A DNA stretch of 64,000 nt from Candidatus Geohabitans tengchongensis (lineage in GTDB: Bacteria > Sysuimicrobiota > Sysuimicrobiia > Sysuimicrobiales > Humicultoraceae): positions 26,786-90,785 of the forward strand of contig JAVKIH010000004.1 in assembly GCA_031459625.1 (NCBI GenBank). Direction: 5' to 3'. The translations under genes were made by a program, and so were the position numbers. Position 1 is the stretch's first letter, and every line of letters starts with the position of its first letter. The notes beneath the pieces were generated by a model. It did no database searches and was not told the origin of the DNA. It was given only the letters and a program-made list of their open reading frames with translations. Of the stretch, positions 11,445 to 21,170 are shown piece by piece.

Positions 11445-12277
11445 GGACGTTCCTGTGTGGAGGAGGACGGCGGGGTGGTCGACGGCTGCGTCTCCCCCCG
11501 GGCGTAGACGGCATGGGCCGTCTCCAGGTCGGCGCGGTACGCCGGCACCGTCCGCCACCACAGGTCCGAGAGCGACAGCCCCGTGAGCGTCCCGGGGGCG
11601 AGGGCCGCCAGGAAGATGGCCGGCTCGTGGAGGACCTCCGGCGGGTCGAGATCGGTCCGCGCCTCCGCAGGCAGGTGGGCGAAGAAGCCCGTATCCAGCT
11701 TCGTGAACGGACAGAGGCTGTTCACGTTGATACGGTGCGGGCGGAGTTCCTTGGCCAGCACATCGGTGAGCGCCTCCAGGGCGGCCTTGGAGGCGCAGTA
11801 GGCGGCGTCGCCCGCTTGGCCCATCCGCCACCAGCCGAGCAGGGAAGTGACGTTGATGATGTTCCCCCGCCGCCGGGCGCGCATGGAGGGAATCACGGCC
11901 TGGGCGCACAGGAAGGCCCCGGTGACGTTCACCCGCAGGATCCGCTCCCAGACCGCCAGGGGCAGGTCGCTGACCTGGCGGTGCTCCGAGTCCGTGACGC
12001 CCGCGTTGTTCACCAGGACGTCGATGGGGCCCAGGGTCTCCTCGGTCCGCCGGACGGCCCGGCGCACCTGCTCGGGGTCGGTGACGTCGGCGGCCAGGCC
12101 CAGGGCGACGCCGCCGCGCGCAGCAATCGCGGAGGCCGTGGCCTCCGCGCCGTCACCGCGCAGGTCCACGCCGGCCACCCGGGCCCCTTCGGCGGCGAAC
12201 GCCAGTGCCAGGGAGCGTCCGATCCCGCTGGCCGTGCCGGTGATGAGGGCGACCTTCCCGGCCAGCCGTCCCGTCAT
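11441..12277 (-). CDS. SDR family oxidoreductase
   Basis: TGTASGIG, NNAG, YCASK. Confidence 0.92.
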   Translation of the reverse strand: MTGRLAGKVALITGTASGIGRSLALAFAAEGARVAGVDLRGDGAEATASAIAARGGVALGLAADVTDPEQVRRAVRRTEETLGPIDVLVNNAGVTDSEHRQVSDLPLAVWERILRVNVTGAFLCAQAVIPSMRARRRGNIINVTSLLGWWRMGQAGDAAYCASKAALEALTDVLAKELRPHRINVNSLCPFTKLDTGFFAHLPAEARTDLDPPEVLHEPAIFLAALAPGTLTGLSLSDLWWRTVPAYRADLETAHAVYARGETQPSTTPPSSSTQERP

Positions 12278-12322
12278 CGTCTCACCGCCCCTCCGTCCGG
12301 TCCCCCGCCGTGCCGCCGTTCC

Positions 12323-13219
12323 TCATTGGACGGCCCCCAGCGTCAGCCCCTGCGTGATGTGGCGCTGGACGAGGAAGACCAGCCCAAACGCCGGGGCCAT
12401 GGCGCCGGACGAGACCGCGCAGATCAGCGGCCAGTCGAAGGACATGGTCCCCGCCAGCGAGGCCACCAGCGCCGGCACGGTCTGGGCCTCGGTCGACGTA
12501 AGGATGAAGGCCAGGACGAACTCGTTCCACGAGAAGACGAAGATGAGGATCGCCACCGCCACGACCATGGGGAGCGCCGGAGGGATGACGGCGAAGCGCA
12601 GGACCTGCCATCGGGTCGCCCCGTCGACCAGAGCCGCCTCCTCCAGCTCCGGCGGCAGGTGTTCGAAGTACCGCATGAGCAGCCAGATGGCAAAGGGCAG
12701 GTTGAAGGCCAGGTGGGCCAGGGTGACGGCCAGCCGGGTGTCCAGCAACCCCAGGAGGCGCATCATCGTGTAGACGGGGACGACGACCCCGAAGGCCGGA
12801 GCCATGCGGGTGGAGAGGACCCAGAAGGCCAGGCGCTCCTTGCCCGGCCCCCGCAGCCGCGCCAGCGCGTAGGCCGTCGGCAACGCCAGCCCTAGGGCCA
12901 CGACGATGTTGCTGGTCGCCACGAGGACGCTGGTGCCGAACGGCTGGAGGATCCCGGCGGTGAAGACCTTCTCCCACGCGTCCCAGGTCGGGGAGAAGAG
13001 CAGGCGCGGCGGCACGGCCAGCGCGTCCTGCCGGGTCTTGAACGACGAGAGCCACAGCCAGAGGAGCGGGAAGAGGATGAAGATCAGGTAGCCGACCAGG
13101 AAGGCGTAGAGGCCGAGGCGGGCCGCCTGGCGCTGAATCTGTGCGGCGACGTCGGCCGCGGCCTGGCGGGGCAGGGAGAGCACTGCGGCGCGTCCGGCGC
13201 CGGCGGGATCAGACCGCAT
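12323..13219 (-). CDS. Carbohydrate ABC transporter permease (MalG-like)
   Basis: EAA loop ELEEAALVDGA, FSWNEF. Confidence 0.92.
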   Translation of the reverse strand: MRSDPAGAGRAAVLSLPRQAAADVAAQIQRQAARLGLYAFLVGYLIFILFPLLWLWLSSFKTRQDALAVPPRLLFSPTWDAWEKVFTAGILQPFGTSVLVATSNIVVALGLALPTAYALARLRGPGKERLAFWVLSTRMAPAFGVVVPVYTMMRLLGLLDTRLAVTLAHLAFNLPFAIWLLMRYFEHLPPELEEAALVDGATRWQVLRFAVIPPALPMVVAVAILIFVFSWNEFVLAFILTSTEAQTVPALVASLAGTMSFDWPLICAVSSGAMAPAFGLVFLVQRHITQGLTLGAVQ

Positions 13220-14090
13220 CGCGGGTCCGCTGGATGAGGGCACTGGCCCCCGCGACCGTGAGGAGCATCATGAACACCGCCAGCGCGGCCGCCTGGCCCA
13301 GGTCGAAGTAGGTGAAGCCGATCTTCCACCCCAGGATGGTCAGCGTCTGCGTGGCGGTGCCCGGACCGCCCTGCGTCATGACGAAGATGACGTCGAAGGT
13401 GTTGAGGGCATCCAGCACGCGCAGGATGAGCGCGACCACCAGCACGCCGCGCAGCAGCGGGAGGGTGATCAGGCGCAGCGTTGTCCAGAAGCCCGCCCCG
13501 TCGATCCGGGCGGCCTCGTAGAGGAACGGGGGGATGGCCTGCAGCCCGGCCAGCAGAATGAGGAACATGAAGGAGGTCTTGCTCCAGATGTCCGCCACGA
13601 CCACGGCCGCCATGGCCAGGCGTGGCGTGCCCAGGGGCGCCACCCCGATCCCCAGGCGGGGGAGGAGGAAGGCCCCGATGACGCCCACGTCGCTGCTGAA
13701 GAGGAACTTCCAGGCGAACCCGGCCACCACGGGCGGGACGATCAGCGGCAGCGTCAAGAGCGTGCGCATCAGCCCGCGCCCCCGCAGCGCCTCGGTGAGC
13801 GCCAGCGCCAGGGCCAGCCCCAAGCCAAGGCTGATCGCGGTCGAGGCGGTGACGAAGATCAACGTCGTCACGAGCGCCTCCCGGAAGCCGGGCGAGCGCA
13901 GGAGCAGCCGGAAGTTGTCCAGCCCCACGAACCCTCCGGGGGCCTGCACCTGGAGCCCCTGGGTGCTCATCCACAGCAGGTAGAGCCCCGGGAAGAGCGT
14001 GACCGCCGCGAGGGCCAGGATGCCCGGGGCCAGCAGGGGGAGCCACTCTCGCTCCGGGGCGCGGTGGAGGGCGGCCGGCTGTACGCTCAT
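13209..14090 (-). CDS. Carbohydrate ABC transporter permease (MalF-like)
   Basis: FVGLDNF, LAGLQAIP, YEAARIDGA, TQGGPG. Confidence 0.92.
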   Translation of the reverse strand: MSVQPAALHRAPEREWLPLLAPGILALAAVTLFPGLYLLWMSTQGLQVQAPGGFVGLDNFRLLLRSPGFREALVTTLIFVTASTAISLGLGLALALALTEALRGRGLMRTLLTLPLIVPPVVAGFAWKFLFSSDVGVIGAFLLPRLGIGVAPLGTPRLAMAAVVVADIWSKTSFMFLILLAGLQAIPPFLYEAARIDGAGFWTTLRLITLPLLRGVLVVALILRVLDALNTFDVIFVMTQGGPGTATQTLTILGWKIGFTYFDLGQAAALAVFMMLLTVAGASALIQRTRDAV

Positions 14091-14112
14091 CGCATCCTCC
14101 AGGGCCGCCGGC

Positions 14113-14138
14113 GGGGGCGGGGAGCGCTCCCCGCCCCC
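14113..14138. repeat. 26-bp perfect palindrome (mRNA hairpin) after the binding-protein gene
   Basis: GGGGGCGGGGAGC GCTCCCCGCCCCC. Confidence 0.75.
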
Positions 14139-14145
14139 CCGTGTC

Positions 14146-15579
14146 CTAGCGGTAGTACCCCGCCCGGAACATGCGCTCGAGGGCGAAGGTCTGGAGGTCG
14201 GCCAGCACGTCGTCGATCTTCGCCCCGGCGATGGCCCGCGACGCCGCCGTGCCGATCTTATCCATGAACTCGTTGAGCTCGGGGAAGTAGGGGAAGTAGA
14301 AGGGGTCCGACTTGAGGATGGCGTCCTCCCACACCTTCAACTCCTCTCGCCCCCACGTCTCTACGAGGGTCGGGCTGTACATCAGCGACGGCATGGTCAC
14401 CCACGGGAACTTGGTCCGCCTGGAGAACTCCTCCATCGCCTTCTTGCCGGTCAGGTAGGCCAGGGTCTGCCAGGCCTCCTCCTTGTTGCGCGAGAAGCGG
14501 CTGAGCCCCAGCGAGAAGGTCCAGAAGGACTGGATCATCTTCCCCGACGGCCCGATGGGCGAGGGGGCCAGGCGGCTCTCCGTCCGCACCTCCGGGATCT
14601 TGCTGCCCAGGCGCGCCGGGTAGGCGTTGATGGCCGAGGGGAGCATGACGGCGGCCTTGCCCTGGTCCCAGAGGTTGAGCATGTCCACCCAGGTGTGCGT
14701 GGAGGCGGCCGGCGAGCCGTAGTTCCGCAGCAGGGTGACGAAGGCCGTGAAGCCCGGCTTGAAGTCGCCGGTGAAGATCGGCTTGGCCTTCCGGCGGCGG
14801 ATCTCGGCCGCCGTGCGCGGTCCGCCCTCGAACCAGGCGGGGTAGCCGGCGTAGGCGTAGACGAAGCCGAGCAGGTCGAGGCTGGGTTCCTCCCCGGGGG
14901 CCCCGCGCATCGTCAGCGGGAACATGTCCACCTTCTCCTGCTGGAAGCGCTCCTTGAGCGTGCGCAGCGTGGCCTCGAGCTGCTGGGTCGTGCGGGGCGG
15001 CGTCAGGCCGTAGCGGCGGAAGATGTCCCGACGGTACATCAGGCCGGGGCCGAACGAGTAGTAGGGGAGGCCGTAGAGCACGCCGTCGACGCGGTTGGCC
15101 TCGAGGTACTTGGGGTAGATGTCCTTCAGGCTGACGTACTTCGACGGGCTGCGGCGCATCCACCGTTCCAGGTCTTCCAGCAGCCCGGCATACCCGTAGG
15201 TCTGCACCGCACCGTCGCTGCCCAGCAGGACGACGTCGTAGCGACCGGTTCGCGACATCAGGTCCGTCAGGACCTTCTGGCGGACGGCCAGCTCGTCGCC
15301 CCACTCGATCTGGATGGTGGCGCCGACCTCCCGCTCCAGGGCGCGGAGCGCCTCGGTGCGTTCGGTCCCCTTCGGCCCGAAGAGCTCGGGCCAGGCGAAG
15401 CCCTGGGCGAAGGCAATCACGCGGACGGTCTTCGTACGCTGCAGCGCGATGGCCGGCCACCGGTGGGCGGTGCTCACGCCGGCCAGGGCGCCGGCCACGC
15501 CGGCGCCGACCTTCAGGAATGTGCGGCGGGTGACCTTCCCGCCTCCGTGTGCCTCCTCGACCCTCTCGTCATGCGACAC
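14146..15579 (-). CDS. Sugar ABC transporter substrate-binding protein, Tat-exported
   Basis: TRRTFLK twin-arginine motif; YGLPY, MYRRDIF; precedes two permeases. Confidence 0.9.
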   Translation of the reverse strand: MSHDERVEEAHGGGKVTRRTFLKVGAGVAGALAGVSTAHRWPAIALQRTKTVRVIAFAQGFAWPELFGPKGTERTEALRALEREVGATIQIEWGDELAVRQKVLTDLMSRTGRYDVVLLGSDGAVQTYGYAGLLEDLERWMRRSPSKYVSLKDIYPKYLEANRVDGVLYGLPYYSFGPGLMYRRDIFRRYGLTPPRTTQQLEATLRTLKERFQQEKVDMFPLTMRGAPGEEPSLDLLGFVYAYAGYPAWFEGGPRTAAEIRRRKAKPIFTGDFKPGFTAFVTLLRNYGSPAASTHTWVDMLNLWDQGKAAVMLPSAINAYPARLGSKIPEVRTESRLAPSPIGPSGKMIQSFWTFSLGLSRFSRNKEEAWQTLAYLTGKKAMEEFSRRTKFPWVTMPSLMYSPTLVETWGREELKVWEDAILKSDPFYFPYFPELNEFMDKIGTAASRAIAGAKIDDVLADLQTFALERMFRAGYYR

Positions 15580-15651
15580 CGTTCTCCCCTCCCTTCCTGG
15601 TCCGGTCGTGATCGTGCGGCCCCCGCCTGCGCGGGGGGAGCGCCGGAGGCA

Positions 15652-17217
15652 TCACTCTGTGCCGGATCGCACCATGGCGGGGCCACCCGGCGCCGGAGCT
15701 GCCGCGGCGAGGGTCGCCAGCCCGTGGGCGGTCTCGCGGAGCCGGTGGTAGAGACCCCGGTAAAGGCCATAGACGCGGTCGTAGGCTTGCTGCGCCTGCG
15801 GATCGGGTGCGACGAGACCCTGGAAGTGCACCATGGCGCCACAGGCGGCGGCGAAGTCCCGGTGGACGCCTGTGGCCACGGCGGCGATGATCGTCGCCCC
15901 CAGGGCTGAGGCATCGTGCTCGGCCAACAGCTCCATCGGCGTTCCCAGCACGTCGGCCAGCACCCGCGCCCACAGCGGGCTGCGAGCACCGCCTCCGCCC
16001 AGCCGGATGTGCGTGGCGCGCTGTCCCAGCTCGGCGAACTGCTCGAACGCTTCCCGGAAGTTGAATGCCACCCCCTCCAGCACGGCGCGGGTGACCTCTC
16101 GCCGCCCGTGGGTGGAGGTGGCGCCCACCAGGGCGGCACGGGCATGCGGGTCGGCGTGGGGCGTGGCCGCGCCGTCGAGGAAGGGCAGGAAGAGCAACCC
16201 GCCGCTCCCCGGGGGGACCTCCGCCGCCTCGGTCAGGAGGTGGTCCAGCTCGCCCCCGATCAGCCCGGCCAGCCAGGTGAGGCAGTGGCCGGCGGTCATG
16301 ACCAGCCCGTGCCAGAAGTAGGCTCCCGGCAGCGGGGCGGCCATGGCCCAGACGCCGTCCGCCGTGGTGATGGGGATGCCGGCCATGGCCAGGGCGATCT
16401 GTCCCGCCGTCCCGACCATGATGCACCCTACCCCCGGGCTGATGACCCCGGTCCCCGCCGTGATCGCGGCCATGTCTCCTGCACCGGCCACGACGGGCAC
16501 GCCGGGAGGTAGCCCCAGCACCTGGGCCTGGGCGTCGACCAGGGGGCCGATGACCGTCGGGGACTCCACGACCTCCGGGAGCAGATGAGCCGGGAGCCCC
16601 AAACGGTGGAGGAGCGCAGCGTGCCAGGCACGACGATGGAGGTCGAGCATGAGCGTCGCGGCAGCGTCGGTCACGTCCGTCGCGGCGCGCCCGGTGAGCC
16701 GGTAGGCCAGGAAGTCTTTGGGGGCCAGCACGACGCGGGTCTGGTCGATCGTCCCCGGCTCATGGCGGAGGAGCCACAGGAGCTTGGCCGCGGTGTGGAT
16801 GGGGCCGGCCCGGCCCAGCGCCCCTTGCGCCAGTAGGTCGCCGGCGCGGGCATTGATCTCCTCGGCCTCCTCCGCGGCACGCCGGTCGAGCCAGATGATG
16901 GCCGGGCGGAGGACCTGTCCCCGGCTATCGAGCAGGACGACCCCGTTCACCTGGCCGGCTAGGCCGATGGCCGCCACCGAGACCCTGCCGCGCGATCCCG
17001 CGCTCGCCCGGGCCAGGGCCTCCCGGACCGCCTCCACCGTCGCCTGCCACCAGGTCTCTGGGTCCTGTTCCGCCCGTCCCTCAGCCAACCAGGTGACCGT
17101 GTAGGGGCGAGCGGCCCGCCCGCGGATCTCCCCTCGCGGGGTGACCGCCAGCACCTTGACCGCGGACGTCCCCAGGTCGATGCCGAGGAGGAACGTGTCG
17201 GTGGCCTCGGCGCTCAC
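15652..17217 (-). CDS. FGGY-family carbohydrate kinase (xylulokinase-like)
   Basis: LGIDLGTSAVK, AEQDP, IWLDRR, KLLWL, AGD, RAVLEGVA, GGGARS. Confidence 0.92.
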   Translation of the reverse strand: MSAEATDTFLLGIDLGTSAVKVLAVTPRGEIRGRAARPYTVTWLAEGRAEQDPETWWQATVEAVREALARASAGSRGRVSVAAIGLAGQVNGVVLLDSRGQVLRPAIIWLDRRAAEEAEEINARAGDLLAQGALGRAGPIHTAAKLLWLLRHEPGTIDQTRVVLAPKDFLAYRLTGRAATDVTDAAATLMLDLHRRAWHAALLHRLGLPAHLLPEVVESPTVIGPLVDAQAQVLGLPPGVPVVAGAGDMAAITAGTGVISPGVGCIMVGTAGQIALAMAGIPITTADGVWAMAAPLPGAYFWHGLVMTAGHCLTWLAGLIGGELDHLLTEAAEVPPGSGGLLFLPFLDGAATPHADPHARAALVGATSTHGRREVTRAVLEGVAFNFREAFEQFAELGQRATHIRLGGGGARSPLWARVLADVLGTPMELLAEHDASALGATIIAAVATGVHRDFAAACGAMVHFQGLVAPDPQAQQAYDRVYGLYRGLYHRLRETAHGLATLAAAAPAPGGPAMVRSGTE

Positions 17218-18146
17218 GTCTCCTCCCCTGCCAGGAAGCGGCGCGGGTTGTGGATGAGCAGATCGTCGATGACGCCGTCGGGCAGGCCGGCCTCGCGCAG
17301 CCGGGGGACGAAGCGGGTGAGCACGTAGTCCAGGCCGGGACCGCCGCCGTAGCTCACCCAGTAGGACGGGCGGCCCAGGTCGTTGCCCAGCAGGATGCGC
17401 TGACCCCATCCCGCCTCGACCATCGTGCGGATGAGCTCGACGCGGGCGGCATCGGTGCCGTACTTGGCCTTGCCGGCGCAGTCGTACCCCAGGTAGGCGC
17501 CCGCCCGGGCCACCGACGCGTGGACCACGGGGTCGGGGAGGCGATCCATGTGGCTCAGGCAGATGCGGTGGGGCACCACCCCGTGCTCGACGAGGTACGC
17601 CACCTGCTCGGGCCCCATGGTGCCGCCCGTCGTGTGCGTGATCAGTGGGGCGCCTGTCTCGCGGTGGGCCGCCGCCGCCAGGCGCAGGAGCTTCCGCCCG
17701 GCCTCGTCGAGGCAGTTGTACTCCGTGCCGGCCTTGATGACGGCCGCGCGAATGGAGGTGCGGCCGATCCCCTCCGTCAGCTCCCGGACCAGGAGGCGCA
17801 CCGTCGCCGCTTCGTCGAGTTCGTAGACCCAGCGGCCCATGTACCAGGGCCGGTTGAAGCCGGTCGTGACCAGCACGTGCACCTGGGGAACGCGCTCGGC
17901 GATGCGCCGCACGGCTTCGACGTCCCGCCCGAAGTCCGCAGCGGTCATCTCGATCAGGGTGCGGCCGCCGGCGGCTGCCCAGCGGGCCAGCTCCTCGGCG
18001 CTGCGCCGCTCGTCGCGCAGGGCGAAGTCGGGATCCAGGCGGTGGAGCCAGGCCGGGGGATCGACGTAGAGGTGCTCGTGGTAGTCCACAACGCCGAGGT
18101 CGGTCACGGCTACGTCGCCCAGGACGGTGGGGAGCGTCCGCGGCAT
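17214..18146 (-). CDS. Phosphotriesterase-family amidohydrolase (possible lactonase)
   Basis: TVLG, HEHL, IKAG, THT, SHMD, GND, NPRR. Confidence 0.9.
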   Translation of the reverse strand: MPRTLPTVLGDVAVTDLGVVDYHEHLYVDPPAWLHRLDPDFALRDERRSAEELARWAAAGGRTLIEMTAADFGRDVEAVRRIAERVPQVHVLVTTGFNRPWYMGRWVYELDEAATVRLLVRELTEGIGRTSIRAAVIKAGTEYNCLDEAGRKLLRLAAAAHRETGAPLITHTTGGTMGPEQVAYLVEHGVVPHRICLSHMDRLPDPVVHASVARAGAYLGYDCAGKAKYGTDAARVELIRTMVEAGWGQRILLGNDLGRPSYWVSYGGGPGLDYVLTRFVPRLREAGLPDGVIDDLLIHNPRRFLAGEET

Positions 18147-18149
18147 CGC

Positions 18150-18977
18150 TCAGGCGCCGGACCGCGGGAGGCGCGCCACCGCCGTCGGCTGCGGATGGAC
18201 AGGGGGCGGGCTGTAGCCGATGTCGGCCGAGATCGCCCGGGCGGTGGCCACCACGCGCCCGGCCAACGGGCTCCCCTCCAGGGGCCAGGGCATCCGGTCG
18301 GCGGGCCCGGCGACGCTCACGGCGGCCACGGCGGCGCCCTCATGGTTGAAGACCGGCGCGGCGATGCAGCGGACCGAGACTTCCCGTTCGCCCCGGTCGA
18401 CGGCGTAGCCCAGCCGCCGCACGGCCTCGAGCTCCCGGCCGAGCCGCCGAGGGTCGGTGATGGTGTACGGCGTCAGGCGCCGAAGGGGGACGCGCTGCAG
18501 GTAGGTCTCCAGCGTCCCCGGGGGCGAGAAGGCCAGGAGCGCTTTGCCCAGGCCGGTGCAGTAGGCCGGCAGCATCGCGCCCACGCGGGACTTCATGTAG
18601 GCGACGGGGAAGCGGGAGAGGACCCGCTCGATGTACACCACCTGCAGGTCTTCGAAGACGGCCAGCTGGACAGACTCGCCGCTCTCATTCCGCAGGGCCA
18701 CCAGGTGAGGCAGGGCCCGCGTGCGCAGGTCGAGGTGGGCCAGGAATGCATTCCCGACCACGAACGCCTTCACGCCCACCCGGTAGCGACCGTCGCGCTG
18801 CTCGACGAACCCGTGCCGAGTGAGGGTGCGCAGGAGCCGGTGGGCCGTCCCTTTCGGCAGCGCGGTCCGGGCCGCCAGGTCGGACAGGGACAACCCCTCG
18901 GCACCGCCCCTCAGGGCCTCCAGTAGGTGGAGGGCCCGGCTCAACGACTTGACCTCATCCACTCGCGGGTGTTTCAT
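18150..18977 (-). CDS. IclR family transcriptional regulator
   Basis: SLSRALHLLE, LPKGTAHRLL HTH, CTGLGKALLA, GYAVD, CIAAPV. Confidence 0.93.
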   Translation of the reverse strand: MKHPRVDEVKSLSRALHLLEALRGGAEGLSLSDLAARTALPKGTAHRLLRTLTRHGFVEQRDGRYRVGVKAFVVGNAFLAHLDLRTRALPHLVALRNESGESVQLAVFEDLQVVYIERVLSRFPVAYMKSRVGAMLPAYCTGLGKALLAFSPPGTLETYLQRVPLRRLTPYTITDPRRLGRELEAVRRLGYAVDRGEREVSVRCIAAPVFNHEGAAVAAVSVAGPADRMPWPLEGSPLAGRVVATARAISADIGYSPPPVHPQPTAVARLPRSGA

Positions 18978-19006
18978 AATGCGGACCTTGATCCAAATAA
19001 TGGAAC
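18971..19006. promoter_or_regulatory. two putative IclR operators overlapping the iclR start
   Basis: GTTTCATAATGCGGAC (18971-18986) and GATCCAAATAATGGAAC (18990-19006): AT-centred imperfect palindromes. Confidence 0.6.
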
Positions 19007-19046
19007 CAACGACGTTTTCGCGGGTACCCCGTCCATCCCCTCCCGT

Positions 19047-19331
19047 ATGAGCTCTTACGATGCGGCGATCCTTGAGGGGAGCCCGGAGGCGGAGGAGCAA
19101 ATTGGGGTTCATGAAGGCCGTGATGAACCTGATACTGCAGGGGCGGTGGCTTCCGGGTGCCTGCGGCCGCGGGGTCACCCCCGCGAGTTTCTGGCCATCG
19201 GTCGGTGGGAGAGCCTGGAAGAACTGCAGATCCTGATGGGGAACCCTGCGGTGGATGAACGCATCGCCTCGATGTTCGACGGCGCGCCCCAGGTCACCAT
19301 CTGGGCGGAGGCCGGCTGGAAGGGGTACTGA
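19047..19331 (+). pseudogene. Probable degraded small protein gene (dimeric alpha-beta barrel-like C-terminus)
   Basis: only the last ~50 codons (PREFLAIGRWESLEEL...QVTIW) look protein-like; no SD. Confidence 0.35.
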
Positions 19332-19338
19332 GCCGGGA

Positions 19339-20760
19339 TCACCGCTCGCCGTCGCCCAGGTAGGCGCCCTGGGCTTTGAGGATCCGGGTCACCTCGGTGA
19401 AGAGCTCCGGCCGGCGGACTACCTCGGCGGGGGTGCAGCGGCGCCTGGCACAGACCGCCGCCGTCACCCCGGCCGCCTGGCCCATCGCCATGGTGGTGGG
19501 GACGACCCGCGCCGACCCCGCCGCTTCCGAAGTGGCGGAGAAGGCGCGCGAGGCCACCAGCAGGTTGTCCACCCCGCGCGGAATGAGCGTCCGCAGCGGG
19601 ATCCCGTAGACGTAGCGCACCGGCGGGTAGGGGTTCACCCACCCCGGGACGTAGGGGTGGATGTCGATGGGGTAAGAGGCGACGGCGATGCGGTCGGGGA
19701 AGGGCCGGCCGGCGATGATGTCCTCGGCGGTGAGGGTGTAGCGGCCGCCCATGTGCCGGGTCTCCCGGATGTAGAGCATCGGCGCGTGGTCGACGAGCTC
19801 GGCCTGGGCGAAGCCCGGCACGTGCTCGCGCAGGTGGGCGACCACGTGGGGCAGTTCGCGCCGCGCCCTGGCCATCCCCTGCTCGACCGACGCCGGCACC
19901 AGGCCGTTCACGTGGAAGATCTGCAGGGCGTTGATGAGGACGGTGCCGTCCCGCTGGAGCGCCAGGTTGAGGCCGAGCAGCGCCACGTCGGGCTGGCTGG
20001 GCCGGTAGCGCCGTCCCACCTCACCGTAGCCCCAGGCAGCCTTCCCATTGACGCCCCAGGCGGCCGGCTCCGCCCCGGTCGCCTTGCGCCGGGTGAGGTC
20101 GGCGACGAGCGCGGCCCAGTCCACGCCGCGCACGCGGAAGATCAGGGTGGCCGCCTGCATCCACACCGCGCCGTCGGGGCCGGGCCGACCCAGCACCACC
20201 GGCACCCCCGCCGCTGCGGCAACGTCGGCGTCGTCGGTGGCGTCGATGACCTGCCGGGCGCGCACGGTGAGGGTGCGGCGCCAGTCACGGTCGTCGAACT
20301 CCGCCCCGAGCAGTCGCGTCCCGTCCTGCAGGAGGCGCCGCAGCGGGGCGTTGGTGGTGGAGCCGACGAGCGGCTCCCGGTAGACCGCCCAGGTGAGCTT
20401 CTCCACCGCCTCCTCCAGGTCGAAGCTCAGGCCGAGCTGCTGGTAGTACTCCCAGAAGATGCCGCGGGTGAGGTGGGCGCCGTCGGGCGTCAGGTTCATG
20501 TCGAAGGTGGTGAGCCAGGCCCAGGTGATGACGCCGCCCATCTTGGGGAGGGCCTCGACGAGGTGCACCCGGCTGCCGGCGCGCGCGGCCGCCGCGGCGG
20601 CGGCGATCCCCGCCGGCGTGGCGCCGACCACCAGCACGTCAACGGTGATGGTCCGCGGCGGCGCGGCCGCCAGCGGCGTCGCCAGCAGGAGCAGCGCCGC
20701 GCACAGCCCCAGGGGGCGGTGGACCCGGACGGACCGGCACACGCCTATCAAGTTTTGCAC
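19339..20760 (-). CDS. Secreted FAD-dependent oxidoreductase (start 20760 or 20742)
   Basis: signal peptide, DVLVVGATPAGIAAA, IDATDDAD, YIRETR, YPIDIH, YGIPL, SARV. Confidence 0.85.
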   Translation of the reverse strand: MQNLIGVCRSVRVHRPLGLCAALLLLATPLAAAPPRTITVDVLVVGATPAGIAAAAAAARAGSRVHLVEALPKMGGVITWAWLTTFDMNLTPDGAHLTRGIFWEYYQQLGLSFDLEEAVEKLTWAVYREPLVGSTTNAPLRRLLQDGTRLLGAEFDDRDWRRTLTVRARQVIDATDDADVAAAAGVPVVLGRPGPDGAVWMQAATLIFRVRGVDWAALVADLTRRKATGAEPAAWGVNGKAAWGYGEVGRRYRPSQPDVALLGLNLALQRDGTVLINALQIFHVNGLVPASVEQGMARARRELPHVVAHLREHVPGFAQAELVDHAPMLYIRETRHMGGRYTLTAEDIIAGRPFPDRIAVASYPIDIHPYVPGWVNPYPPVRYVYGIPLRTLIPRGVDNLLVASRAFSATSEAAGSARVVPTTMAMGQAAGVTAAVCARRRCTPAEVVRRPELFTEVTRILKAQGAYLGDGER

Positions 20761-20824
20761 CGAGAGGCGCGAGGCCCTTCAGCGCCGTCCCGGGATCGGA
20801 TCGGCGGTCTCATCCGGCTCCGGA

Positions 20825-21040
20825 CACAGCGACCCCGGTGCCGCTGTTGGTCAGCGCACCGATCCGCCCGGCGTGGGTGCCGTGCCGTTGTCGTCCTCGG
20901 CGTTGCTGTCGTTGTTCACGAAGTCCCGCTGCGCGACGACGGCCGGCAGGTCCTCGTGGCTGTTGTCCACCCCGGTGTCCACCACGGCGATCCGCACGCC
21001 GTGCTGCCCGTCGTCGTGTCCCAGGCGGCATAGGCCTCCA
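20825..21040 (-). pseudogene. Subtilisin/thermitase-like S8 protease remnant
   Basis: AWDTTTGS, RIAVVDTGVD..HEDL..DDNG and HGTH..IGALTN.GTGVA lie in successive frames; prodomain and Ser region absent. Confidence 0.8.
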
Positions 21041-21170
21041 CCTTCCCCCAGGCCTACGGGAGCACGCACCCGTGCCGCCGGGCCGACAGCGGACGCTGCA
21101 GCCAGCCCCCCTGCAGAGTGCCGCTCCGCCGAAGGAGCCTCGGCCGGGCGCGTCGTACTGTGCGGGCGCC

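Noticed and set aside
9980..21170. Integrative element with a duplicated tRNA 3' end
   Set aside because: No integrase; the only echo found (CCGGGCGCG near 21144) is 9 bp and not significant at this GC content
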